A DNA stretch of 64,000 bases from an uncultured Pseudomonadales bacterium (GTDB taxonomy: Bacteria; Patescibacteriota; Microgenomatia; UBA1400; PJMF01). Below are positions 19,930 to 27,908 of this stretch, in pieces (position 1 is the first letter of the stretch; every line of letters starts with the position of its first letter). The stretch covers positions 12,065-76,064 of the forward strand of contig CAYWDM010000005.1 in assembly GCA_964457085.1 (NCBI GenBank). Direction: 5' to 3'. A program made the position numbers and the translations under genes. Below the pieces are notes generated by a model. That model worked only from the letters and a program-made list of their open reading frames with translations. It was not told the origin of the DNA and did no database searches.

Positions 19930-20274
19930 ATGTCTAAAGTTGAAACACCATCCTCAGTATACGAACTGCCACTCTCCATCATTAAAAACATGATTGGCTT
20001 ATCATCAAGTGGTTTTGGGGTGGTGGTTGCATTGGCATGGAATGAAGTTATTAAGCGTGCGGTAACTGACTTTATTGATCCCTACATGGGCAAAAATAGT
20101 GGCCTTATTTCACTGTTTATTTATGCACTTGTCATGACCACTCTAGCGGTAATCGCAACCATGCAACTGTCTTCCATGCAAAAAAATCTTGAGTTACTCG
20201 CAGAGAAGTTTAGAAATAATCAAAAACGGGCAACAGTTACCAAACTACCTAACAAGAAAACAGCAACAAAATAA
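19930..20274 (+). CDS. Small two-TM membrane protein (DUF5654-like)
   Basis: 'GFGVVVALAWNEVIK...LFIYALVMT'; TATAAT at 19914-19919. Confidence 0.7.
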   Translation: MSKVETPSSVYELPLSIIKNMIGLSSSGFGVVVALAWNEVIKRAVTDFIDPYMGKNSGLISLFIYALVMTTLAVIATMQLSSMQKNLELLAEKFRNNQKRATVTKLPNKKTATK

Positions 20275-20323
20275 ACTACATATTTTCTGCTAAACTCTAG
20301 TGGAAATCTCTTAAATCAACATC

Positions 20324-21196
20324 ATGGATCTTACTATTTCGCCATTCACTATCAGCGACTGGAATAAAAAAATACAGTTGCCGCAGCCAGAATCGCATAA
20401 AGGGCAAAACGGCAAATTGCTAATCGTCGGCGGCTCAGAATTATTTCATGCAGCCAGCAAATGGAGTCTCGATGTAGCCTCCAAATTTGTGGACATGGTT
20501 TTTTATGCATCTACACCCAGCAATAACGCACTGGTAAAAGAAGCAAAAACTGAGTTTTGGAATGGAATTGTTATCGAACGAGATGAGATTCACCATTATG
20601 GTGCAGAGGCTGACTGCATCTTGGTTGGACCTGGCATGGAGCGGTCAGCTGAAACAGTTACCACCACCAAGCAACTGATTGCAGAATTTTCAACAAAAAA
20701 ATGGGTAATCGACGCTGGTGCTCTCCAAATGATTGCCCCAAGTGAAATTCCCACAACTGCCATCATCACCCCACATCCTCAAGAACTACAGCGACTACTC
20801 TCAACCATTTCGCCAGCTAAGCTTACTGTTGCTCCACCCCACAGTACCGACGAATTCTTACAAATCTGGCAACAAATATATTCGACAAGCGGACTCACCC
20901 CTCCAGCTGCAACAATTATTAAAGGCCACCGCGATCTAGTCATTTCTGGTGGCAAAGCCTATGAGATTTCTGGTGGCAACCCCGGCATGACAAAAGGTGG
21001 TACAGGAGATGTACTCGCAGGGCTTGTGGCAGCGCTGTACTGCACCAATACAGCGGAAGTTTCTGCCGTCATTGGCAGTTATTGTAATAAACTTGCCGGA
21101 GATACCTTACATACTTCAGTCGGACCATTTTTCAATACCAGCGATCTGGTTAACGCCATCCCCAGGGCAGTATGGGCTGTAGCACAACCAGCTTAA
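20324..21196 (+). CDS. nnrD: Stand-alone NAD(P)H-hydrate dehydratase
   Basis: SHKGQNGKLLIVGGS, VGPGM, VIDAGAL, ITPHPQE, IKG, GNPGMTKGGTGDVLAG. Confidence 0.9.
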   Translation: MDLTISPFTISDWNKKIQLPQPESHKGQNGKLLIVGGSELFHAASKWSLDVASKFVDMVFYASTPSNNALVKEAKTEFWNGIVIERDEIHHYGAEADCILVGPGMERSAETVTTTKQLIAEFSTKKWVIDAGALQMIAPSEIPTTAIITPHPQELQRLLSTISPAKLTVAPPHSTDEFLQIWQQIYSTSGLTPPAATIIKGHRDLVISGGKAYEISGGNPGMTKGGTGDVLAGLVAALYCTNTAEVSAVIGSYCNKLAGDTLHTSVGPFFNTSDLVNAIPRAVWAVAQPA

Positions 21197-22296
21197 GACT
21201 CAGATTCAAGTTGAATTTGTTCTAACTGTATAACTGAAGCATTTGGTAGCTGTAACTGCAATTCTTCAAGTGAATCACGATCTGCGGTGGTAAGAATCGT
21301 CTGGTAGGTTTTGAGTAAATCCAGAACAATCATCCGACTTTCGCTATCAAGCTCCGACAAAATATCATCAAGCATTAAAATCGGTTGGGTGGCCAACTTA
21401 TGACGAACATATTCCAACTCACCCAACTTCAACCAAAGCACTGCCAATCGTTGTTGTCCTCTTGATCCATAGCTAGCAATATTGAGCCACTCTTCTAACC
21501 CGAGTTGCAGTCTCGAACCGGGAAACTGCACACAGAAATCATCCTTATGTGGACCAATCAAGCTGTGCCCAACGATTATTTCTTTTTCCAAATGATCAGC
21601 AAGTCGTTGCTCCGAAATTATTGAGGGTAGGTACTGCACTCGCAGGGTAAATTGGAATCCAATGGTCTGCAAAAAATTCAATAACTCCTGTCTCTTACGC
21701 TGTACATATTCCCCATGTTGCACCAAACTAAGATTCCAAAATGTCAAGCTTGAACGAGATTGCTTACGATCAGCAATCTGCTGCAGTACTCGATTGCGAC
21801 TTCTGAGTGTTTTTTCATAGCTGGTAAGAGCACGATCGTACTGCCAATCAATTGCTGATAGTGAACTATCCAAAAAAGTTCTTCGACGACTTGGCGAGCC
21901 CTCAATTAATCTCATGTCTTCAGGTCTAAACACCACAGTAGCTAATTTGCCAATAAAATCTTGTTTGCGACGGCGAATACCATTCACTGAATACAGTCTC
22001 GATTGGGTTTTCTTTCCCTGTACCAATCCTCTGGTAATCAGCATCTCCAAACTAATTTCTTCTCCATCATTTGCTGTAATTTCTCCATGAATTCTCGAGA
22101 GTTCCTGACCCAAGCGTATGGTTTCATCAATTCTGCCAGCTCTAAAACTGCTAGCACTACTCAGCAAACTCAACGCTTCAATAATCGATGTCTTGCCCAC
22201 ACCATTTAGCCCATGTATTAGAGTGGTATGTCCAAAATTTCCCTGCCAGTTGGGAACATTTCGAAAATTGTTAATTGCGAGCGATTTAAGTAACAT
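21193..22296 (-). CDS. recF: DNA replication/repair protein RecF
   Basis: NFRN, GLNGVGKTS, GSPSRRRTFLD, GPHKDD, SRGQQR, LDDILSELD. Confidence 0.95.
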   Translation of the reverse strand: MLLKSLAINNFRNVPNWQGNFGHTTLIHGLNGVGKTSIIEALSLLSSASSFRAGRIDETIRLGQELSRIHGEITANDGEEISLEMLITRGLVQGKKTQSRLYSVNGIRRRKQDFIGKLATVVFRPEDMRLIEGSPSRRRTFLDSSLSAIDWQYDRALTSYEKTLRSRNRVLQQIADRKQSRSSLTFWNLSLVQHGEYVQRKRQELLNFLQTIGFQFTLRVQYLPSIISEQRLADHLEKEIIVGHSLIGPHKDDFCVQFPGSRLQLGLEEWLNIASYGSRGQQRLAVLWLKLGELEYVRHKLATQPILMLDDILSELDSESRMIVLDLLKTYQTILTTADRDSLEELQLQLPNASVIQLEQIQLESES

Positions 22297-22639
22297 GCTT
22301 TTTTTGATTAGCTGCTACTGCAAAACGAATCCACAAATATAAAAGTAAAATTTGCCAATACAAGCAAAAAAACAATAACCAATCAGAAAAAAGTGGCAGC
22401 AAACCACACATCCCAAAACCACTTTCTTGACAAGAAAACACCAATCTTACCATTGGAACCAGAATCAATTTCCAAAAAAAGTAAATCGATCCAACTGTCA
22501 GTGTCGGCAACCAAAGCATCCACGCAAAAACCCGTTCTCTAACCAACGATTGTGCCGTTTGGTAAGGATGCAGTAATAAGCCCTGTGTAATTTGAGCTAT
22601 CGAGTATGCGAGTGACTTTATTACAAACAGAAAATTCAT
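22286..22639 (-). CDS. Hypothetical membrane protein
   Basis: Hydrophobic 117-aa ORF overlapping the recF start. Confidence 0.65.
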   Translation of the reverse strand: MNFLFVIKSLAYSIAQITQGLLLHPYQTAQSLVRERVFAWMLWLPTLTVGSIYFFWKLILVPMVRLVFSCQESGFGMCGLLPLFSDWLLFFCLYWQILLLYLWIRFAVAANQKKHVT

Positions 22640-22640
22640 A

Positions 22641-22832
22641 TCATTTTATAAATTGCACAGCTATAGCAGATACCAACGAACCCACACTAATTATTTGCCA
22701 AGGAAAACTTCCCACTAATTGTGCCAGCACATCTAGTTGTTTTGGCAACAAACGTTGCTGCTGCAATTTTGATTGATATATCGCTTCAGTTTCTAGCAAT
22801 TTTAAAAAGTCTTCTTTTGATTTAACACTCAT
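22641..22832 (-). CDS. Small single-TM protein, possible anti-sigma factor
   Basis: 63 aa with C-terminal TM helix; overlaps the ECF sigma stop. The anti-sigma role is inferred from position only. Confidence 0.55.
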   Translation of the reverse strand: MSVKSKEDFLKLLETEAIYQSKLQQQRLLPKQLDVLAQLVGSFPWQIISVGSLVSAIAVQFIK

Positions 22833-23394
22833 GAACTAATTCTCTATCAACTACCACATACAGTCGTCTAAACTCTATTCTGGCTCTGAATAAATCAGAC
22901 TCAACCGCCTTCACACTTCTTCCCAACTCCGCTGCGATTTCCTTCACGCCCCGTCCATCAGCGTACTTAAGCAACAATAATTCTTGGTGTGAATCAACCA
23001 TTTGATGCAGCACTTTTAACACTTTATGCGAGACTTCATGTGAATCAGCCACCGGCTCTCCAAGCAATAAATCGGATAGAGGCAAGACTCTGATGGCCCG
23101 TTTTGCGTATATTTTTCGATAATAATCAGCAATTTCATGACTCAAGATGCTGATCATCCAAGTAGAAAGGCTGGATTTTTCCCGAAATAAATTAAGGCTT
23201 TTAAGTGCATTAATGAATGTCTCTTGTACTAGCTCTTCAGCAATAGTGATGTCGGAAGTTTTTTTTAATGCAAAGCGCAGTAGCAGTTGATGGTATTTTT
23301 GATACCAGAGTTTTACAGCCCTACTGTCACCCTGGCGTAGCTGCGAAAGTAATAGCTTTTCTTGACTCAATATCTCAGCCATGGTTTTTTTCAT
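22822..23394 (-). CDS. ECF-family RNA polymerase sigma factor
   Basis: Region 2 'AEELVQETF...FREKSSLSTWM', region 4 'KEIAAELGRSVKAVESDLFRAR'; SD GAGGAG before ATG 23394. Confidence 0.92.
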   Translation of the reverse strand: MKKTMAEILSQEKLLLSQLRQGDSRAVKLWYQKYHQLLLRFALKKTSDITIAEELVQETFINALKSLNLFREKSSLSTWMISILSHEIADYYRKIYAKRAIRVLPLSDLLLGEPVADSHEVSHKVLKVLHQMVDSHQELLLLKYADGRGVKEIAAELGRSVKAVESDLFRARIEFRRLYVVVDRELVHEC

Positions 23395-23422
23395 ATCTCC
23401 TCTTGTATAATAGCATTTGAAT

Positions 23423-23785
23423 ATGCTTTCCCCACTACTAAGCCCCAAACATATTGGCAAATTGCTTGCAGCTTCATCTGGTGATCCAAATATTAATTTG
23501 TCAGACTACCTTATTTTAAAAAGTGGAAAAAAAGTCAGTGAAGTGTACTCGACGCCAGCTGATATGATCAATCTGGTTGTCTCAAATACTTTTGTAATCG
23601 CAGGATTTTTGTTGTTTATTTTTATTATCGCAGCAGGTTTTAAAATTATCTCCAGCGACAGCAAAGGCATCCAAGAGGGACAGACTATCATCACTGGGGT
23701 TCTAACTGGATTTATAATTATGTTTGCGGCTTTTTGGATTATTCAAATTCTTGAGTTAATTACCGGCGTGAATATTATTTTTTAG
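23423..23785 (+). CDS. TrbC/VirB2-like pilin 1
   Basis: Two hydrophobic helices flanking a short charged loop ('AGFKIISSDSKGIQEGQTIITGVLTG'); TATAAT at 23406-23411. Confidence 0.7.
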   Translation: MLSPLLSPKHIGKLLAASSGDPNINLSDYLILKSGKKVSEVYSTPADMINLVVSNTFVIAGFLLFIFIIAAGFKIISSDSKGIQEGQTIITGVLTGFIIMFAAFWIIQILELITGVNIIF

Positions 23786-23797
23786 AGCAGTATAATC

Positions 23798-24259
23798 ATG
23801 AGCAAGATGAGAACCTTATTTTTAAATGCAACCAAAAAACTAAGCAGACTTCTTTTATTTGTCTTTGGACTTTCGTTTGCTTTTCTCGGTTTCCCATCAT
23901 TGGTGTCGGCACAAGCGGACATCTTTGGAAAAATTAGTGCCCCAGCAGGCGTTGACAAATATAATGCCAAAGCTGGTGTTGGTGGCATTGGCCTCATTTT
24001 ATTTGTTTCTAACCTCATCAGACTCACTACAGTGGTCGCAGGCATCTGGGTCTTTATCAACTTTATTATGGCTGGCTGGATCTACATCACCTCATCTGGT
24101 GACGCCAGTGCACACGCCAAAGTGAGTAGTAAAATGACCATGAGTATCATGGGACTGATGATCATCGTTGGTGCATACACAATCGCCGCACTACTTGGGC
24201 TCATCATATTTGGCGATGCAAGCTATATACTGAATCCAAAGTTGAAAGGTATCCAGTAA
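23798..24259 (+). CDS. TrbC/VirB2-like pilin 2
   Basis: Signal-like N-terminus (VSAQA); core 'AGWIYITSSGD......KMTMSIMGL'. Confidence 0.75.
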   Translation: MSKMRTLFLNATKKLSRLLLFVFGLSFAFLGFPSLVSAQADIFGKISAPAGVDKYNAKAGVGGIGLILFVSNLIRLTTVVAGIWVFINFIMAGWIYITSSGDASAHAKVSSKMTMSIMGLMIIVGAYTIAALLGLIIFGDASYILNPKLKGIQ

Positions 24260-24654
24260 TGCCAGTATTGGTCTCCACACTCATTGCACAGATGAAAGAC
24301 ATTAATCTTGGGACTGTTGATCCTGCAACAGACGCTTTTAGTAAAGGTTCTGCACAAGCAAATGGCGACAAAGCTATTAGTAATCTTGAGCTTTTTATTA
24401 GCAATACAATCGGTTTCATGACTACCCTAGCAGGATTATTTTTTATAATTTATTTTTTCATGGGTGCCTTTCACTGGATTACTAGTGGTGGTGATAAAAG
24501 TAAAACAGAAAAAGCTCGAGAACAAATCACTCAAGGTGTGCTTGGCTTAGTTATTATCATTGCTGCATATGCAATTATTGGTTTAGTGGGAAGTGTCATT
24601 GGTCTAGACCTGCTCACTCCTGGAGAACAAATCAAAAAATTAATTCCAAAATAA
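24259..24654 (+). CDS. TrbC/VirB2-like pilin 3
   Basis: Core 'GAFHWITSGGDKSKTEKAREQITQGVLGL'; TAATG stop/start coupling. Confidence 0.8.
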   Translation: MPVLVSTLIAQMKDINLGTVDPATDAFSKGSAQANGDKAISNLELFISNTIGFMTTLAGLFFIIYFFMGAFHWITSGGDKSKTEKAREQITQGVLGLVIIIAAYAIIGLVGSVIGLDLLTPGEQIKKLIPK

Positions 24655-25091
24655 TGCATACTATGCGTAATTTTTCCTCAACACTTTTTACAGTTACTTC
24701 ACTACTTATTAGCTCTGCTTTTTCTCCAATTCTCGTACAGGCGCAAGGCATCAAAAATCCAGTCATCGGCAAACTGGGTGACAGTGTCACAAAAGCTGAA
24801 TCTGGAGAGTTATTCACTAGTTATTTTGTCAGCCTTTGGCGAGTAATCATGAGTGTTGGTGCAATTATGGTCATGGTGTATTTTATTTGGGGTTCATTTG
24901 AATGGATTACTAGTGCAGGAGACAAAGGCAAACTTGAATCCGCAAGACAACGCATTACTTCTGCAATTATTGGTTTAATAATCCTCGTTAGCTCACTCAC
25001 GATTATTGGCTTTGTTGGCAAACTGTTCTTTGGAACTGATTTTGATATCTTACAATTAACATTTCCCACACCAGCTGGTGTAACTCCATAA
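24654..25091 (+). CDS. TrbC/VirB2-like pilin 4
   Basis: Core 'GSFEWITSAGDKGKLESARQRITSAIIGL'; signal-like N-terminus (VQAQ). Confidence 0.8.
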   Translation: MHTMRNFSSTLFTVTSLLISSAFSPILVQAQGIKNPVIGKLGDSVTKAESGELFTSYFVSLWRVIMSVGAIMVMVYFIWGSFEWITSAGDKGKLESARQRITSAIIGLIILVSSLTIIGFVGKLFFGTDFDILQLTFPTPAGVTP

Positions 25092-25094
25092 CCT

Positions 25095-25445
25095 ATGTCA
25101 CGACTTGCCCTCAAACTCGATTTTGCTAAAGAAGCTGGTACCCAACAACTCCCAGGCTATAAAAACGTTTCATCTGCTGATGCTGGATTTGGGGCATGGC
25201 TTGGCAGCATTCTGAGTGCGGTTATGTCTGTTGCCGCAATCCTGGTTTTCCTATATCTGATCTGGGGTGGCATTGAATGGATCACTAGTGGTGGCGATAA
25301 GGGCAAAACTGAAGCTGCTCGCAACAAGATCACATCAGCCATTATTGGCATCATTGTTCTGGGTGCTTCAACTGCAATTATTACTGTGGTGCAAAGTTTC
25401 CTGGGAGTCTGTTTCTTAAAATTCGCTGGTGCGAGTTGTATTTAA
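25095..25445 (+). CDS. TrbC/VirB2-like pilin 5
   Basis: Core 'VFLYLIWGGIEWITSGGDKGKTEAARNKITSA'. Confidence 0.8.
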   Translation: MSRLALKLDFAKEAGTQQLPGYKNVSSADAGFGAWLGSILSAVMSVAAILVFLYLIWGGIEWITSGGDKGKTEAARNKITSAIIGIIVLGASTAIITVVQSFLGVCFLKFAGASCI

Positions 25446-25805
25446 TTTTCGCTAGTTTGCTTCGCCAAGAAAGTATTGATATAATAATCTAGTATCACGG
25501 AAATTATTATAAGGATAATCATGAAAAAACTACAACAACTTGCTCTTTCCGCTGGCACAGCCGTCACTTCGCTTGCCATCACCGCTTCAAGCGTATTGGC
25601 TGCAGGCATCAAAGACACCAACATCGAACCCGGCAAGGGTTTTGCAACCAGTTTTGGTGGCTTAGTTAACGGTCTTGTTAGTTTTGTTATGGTCATCGCC
25701 GCAGTAATGGTTTTCCTATATCTGATCTGGGGTGGCATTGAATGGATTACTAGTGGTGGCGATAAAGGTAAAACTGAAGCTGCTCGAAACAAAATCACTT
25801 CAGCC
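25243..25805 (+). repeat. 98-nt direct repeat: 25243-25340 and 25708-25805 (pilin cores)
   Basis: Manual alignment gives 92/98 identical, including a perfect 40-nt stretch; all six differences are synonymous. Confidence 0.9.
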
Positions 25806-25925
25806 GTTATTGGTTTGATCGTGGTTGCTGCTTCATATGCAATCATGACTTTGGCTCTAAACTTTTTGGGCTTCTCAAACCTCAACGAGGTCTTCCAGAA
25901 CACCAAGACTATCGATGGCAAATAA
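25521..25925 (+). CDS. TrbC/VirB2-like pilin 6 (candidate major pilin)
   Basis: Same 32-aa core as pilin 5; signal peptide (VLAA); own TGaTATAAT box near 25477-25485, AAGGA SD and a terminator immediately after. Confidence 0.8.
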   Translation: MKKLQQLALSAGTAVTSLAITASSVLAAGIKDTNIEPGKGFATSFGGLVNGLVSFVMVIAAVMVFLYLIWGGIEWITSGGDKGKTEAARNKITSAVIGLIVVAASYAIMTLALNFLGFSNLNEVFQNTKTIDGK

Positions 25926-25949
25926 GCCAGAGATTTATAAAGCAATTAG

Positions 25950-25974
25950 AAAAGACCCCGAAAGGGGTCTTTTT
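25950..25974 (+). terminator. Rho-independent terminator after pilin 6
   Basis: AAAAGACCCC-GAAA-GGGGTCTTTTT perfect hairpin with U-tract. Confidence 0.9.
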
Positions 25975-26044
25975 GGTTGTTGAGTTTTACTACAACCACA
26001 TAGACACAAAGTGCAATATGCTGAGATATAATCAATTCACAACA

Positions 26045-26476
26045 ATGAAAAATCGTAAATCAAATCCTCTATATTCCAAACTAATCACTGTTAGTTACTT
26101 GGCTCTTTTTTCTCTTGCATTTCCCCAAGTAGCAAGAGCTCAGACTACCGCTTGGAGCGGAGTTTGTGTGTACGCAGATGATCCTGAAGTTGCCACGATT
26201 CAAGGATTGCAGTGTCTACTGGCAAATGTCTTGTCTGTGGCGCTGACCATTATTGGAATTGCCGGTTTTGTGATGTTGATTTTTGGTTCTATGAAATATC
26301 TACTCTCCGGTGGCAATGCTCAACACGTCGAGAAAGCTAAAAACACCATGACCTATGCAGTTGTTGGTTTAATTGTGGGACTAAGCTCTTTTATTATTCT
26401 AAATTTAGTTGCAAGCTTCACTGGCGTCAGCAGCATTCTGCAATTTACAATTCCAGATTCCTCAACAATGTGGTAA
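26045..26476 (+). CDS. TrbC/VirB2-like pilin 7
   Basis: Signal peptide (ARAQ), Cys pair, core 'GSMKYLLSGGNAQHVEKAKNTMTYAVVGL'. Start moved to ATG 26045. Confidence 0.8.
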   Translation: MKNRKSNPLYSKLITVSYLALFSLAFPQVARAQTTAWSGVCVYADDPEVATIQGLQCLLANVLSVALTIIGIAGFVMLIFGSMKYLLSGGNAQHVEKAKNTMTYAVVGLIVGLSSFIILNLVASFTGVSSILQFTIPDSSTMW

Positions 26477-26500
26477 TTTTTGGAATCTATTCCAAAAAAA

Positions 26501-27214
26501 TCAGCTACCGTACCGTCGCTGTCGTTGTTGGTATTCTTCGATGGCTGTATTCAGCTCTGCAACTCCAAAATCTGGCATTAGTACTTTAGTGAAGTACAGC
26601 TCTGCATAAACGCTTTGCCATGCCAAAAAACCTGACAGTCGCTGCTCACCGCCTGGTCTGATAATTAAATCTGGATCGGGCACTGGGTGACTATCAAGCA
26701 AACCAGAAAGAATTGCTTCATCAAGCTTAGTGGTGGTTTTGCCTGCGGTTAATTGCTCTGTATGCCAGCTATTCGTTGCCCTCAAAATTTCATCTCTACC
26801 TCCATAGTTCAGAGCAAATATCACAGTCAACTTGTTATTTTCTTTTGTGGTTTGTTTCCACTTCTCAATATTTTTTTGGATATCCTCTGGAAATTTAGTG
26901 AGATCGCCAATTGTTTGAATTTTCACACCTTTGTCATGCAACCTACTTGAACTCACACCGAAAGACTCTCTAAACAAACTCATCAATCCGCTCACTTCTT
27001 GAGGATCTCGTCGCCAGTTCTCAGTACTAAATGCCCAAAGAGTAACGTACGAAATGCCCAACTCAATGCAACGATCAACTAATTTTTCAATCACCTCATG
27101 AGCAACTTTCTGATGCCCTTGGATGATTTCAAGTCCATGTAATTTTGCCCAACGGCGATTGCCATCCATGATAATGGCAATGTGTCGAGGCATAGTTGGT
27201 TTTGGTGTAGACAT
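26501..27214 (-). CDS. uppS: Undecaprenyl/polyprenyl diphosphate synthase
   Basis: HIAIIMDGNRRWA, AFSTENWRR, ALNYGGRDE, PDLIIRPGGEQRLSGF. Confidence 0.95.
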   Translation of the reverse strand: MSTPKPTMPRHIAIIMDGNRRWAKLHGLEIIQGHQKVAHEVIEKLVDRCIELGISYVTLWAFSTENWRRDPQEVSGLMSLFRESFGVSSSRLHDKGVKIQTIGDLTKFPEDIQKNIEKWKQTTKENNKLTVIFALNYGGRDEILRATNSWHTEQLTAGKTTTKLDEAILSGLLDSHPVPDPDLIIRPGGEQRLSGFLAWQSVYAELYFTKVLMPDFGVAELNTAIEEYQQRQRRYGS

Positions 27215-27228
27215 ACGTTTGAGTTGAG

Positions 27229-27819
27229 CTATTGAATGAATTTTTCGAGAGCTACTTTTATTTTTGGGTCACTGATCATTAGTCGAAACCAGGGTGCAAA
27301 ATCATGCCAACCGCGTGACTCTGGAGTTTTTACATCATCCAACTCAGCAACGATTGCATCCCAACTCAGCCATTCCACAGCCACTGCCTCGCTTGGGTTA
27401 GGGGTCAAATCATCTTCCATATACCACCCAGCAAAGATGTGATCAAATTCACGTTCGCTGAACTCCTCATTACAAACTGCATGGTATAAAAATGTAGTTA
27501 TTTCTTGAGGTTTTTGAGCAGTCAGATTTAGTTCTTCGCGTAGTCTGCGATGAGCACATTCCTTCGGTGTCTCTCCAGGCGTGACATTACCGCAAATAGT
27601 ATTTGCCCACTGCCAACCCCCGACAATTTTAAGCGGACTACGTTGCTGAATTAGCAATTCCACCTCTTGGGTTTGAGGGTTCTTCCTAAATAAATAAACC
27701 GAGCAAGCCAAATGTAAAATCCCTTCACCGCGATGAGCCTCAATTTTGTCCATCTGTCCAGTTGACTGTCCCTGTTCGTTCACTAAAGTCACCAAATCTG
27801 CCGAGGAAGCATTTGTCAT
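27229..27819 (-). CDS. idi: Isopentenyl-diphosphate delta-isomerase type 1
   Basis: K.EAH..G.LHLA.S, LIQQRS..K, WANTICG (catalytic Cys), RRLREEL, EREFDH, APWF. Start ATG 27819 is 7 nt below TATAAT. Confidence 0.9.
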   Translation of the reverse strand: MTNASSADLVTLVNEQGQSTGQMDKIEAHRGEGILHLACSVYLFRKNPQTQEVELLIQQRSPLKIVGGWQWANTICGNVTPGETPKECAHRRLREELNLTAQKPQEITTFLYHAVCNEEFSEREFDHIFAGWYMEDDLTPNPSEAVAVEWLSWDAIVAELDDVKTPESRGWHDFAPWFRLMISDPKIKVALEKFIQ

Positions 27820-27908
27820 AAACCGCATTATAATCAGCAGTGCTTTTTTGAGCTACAGTCACAAAAAAGCCCGCGTGAAAATGAGCTGCTGTGCTACAAT
27901 TACCAGAT

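Noticed and set aside
23506-25945. Minus-strand ORFs over the pilin array with repeated 'LPLSPPLVIHS' peptides
   Set aside because: Antisense reading of the repeated pilin core; no independent start signals.
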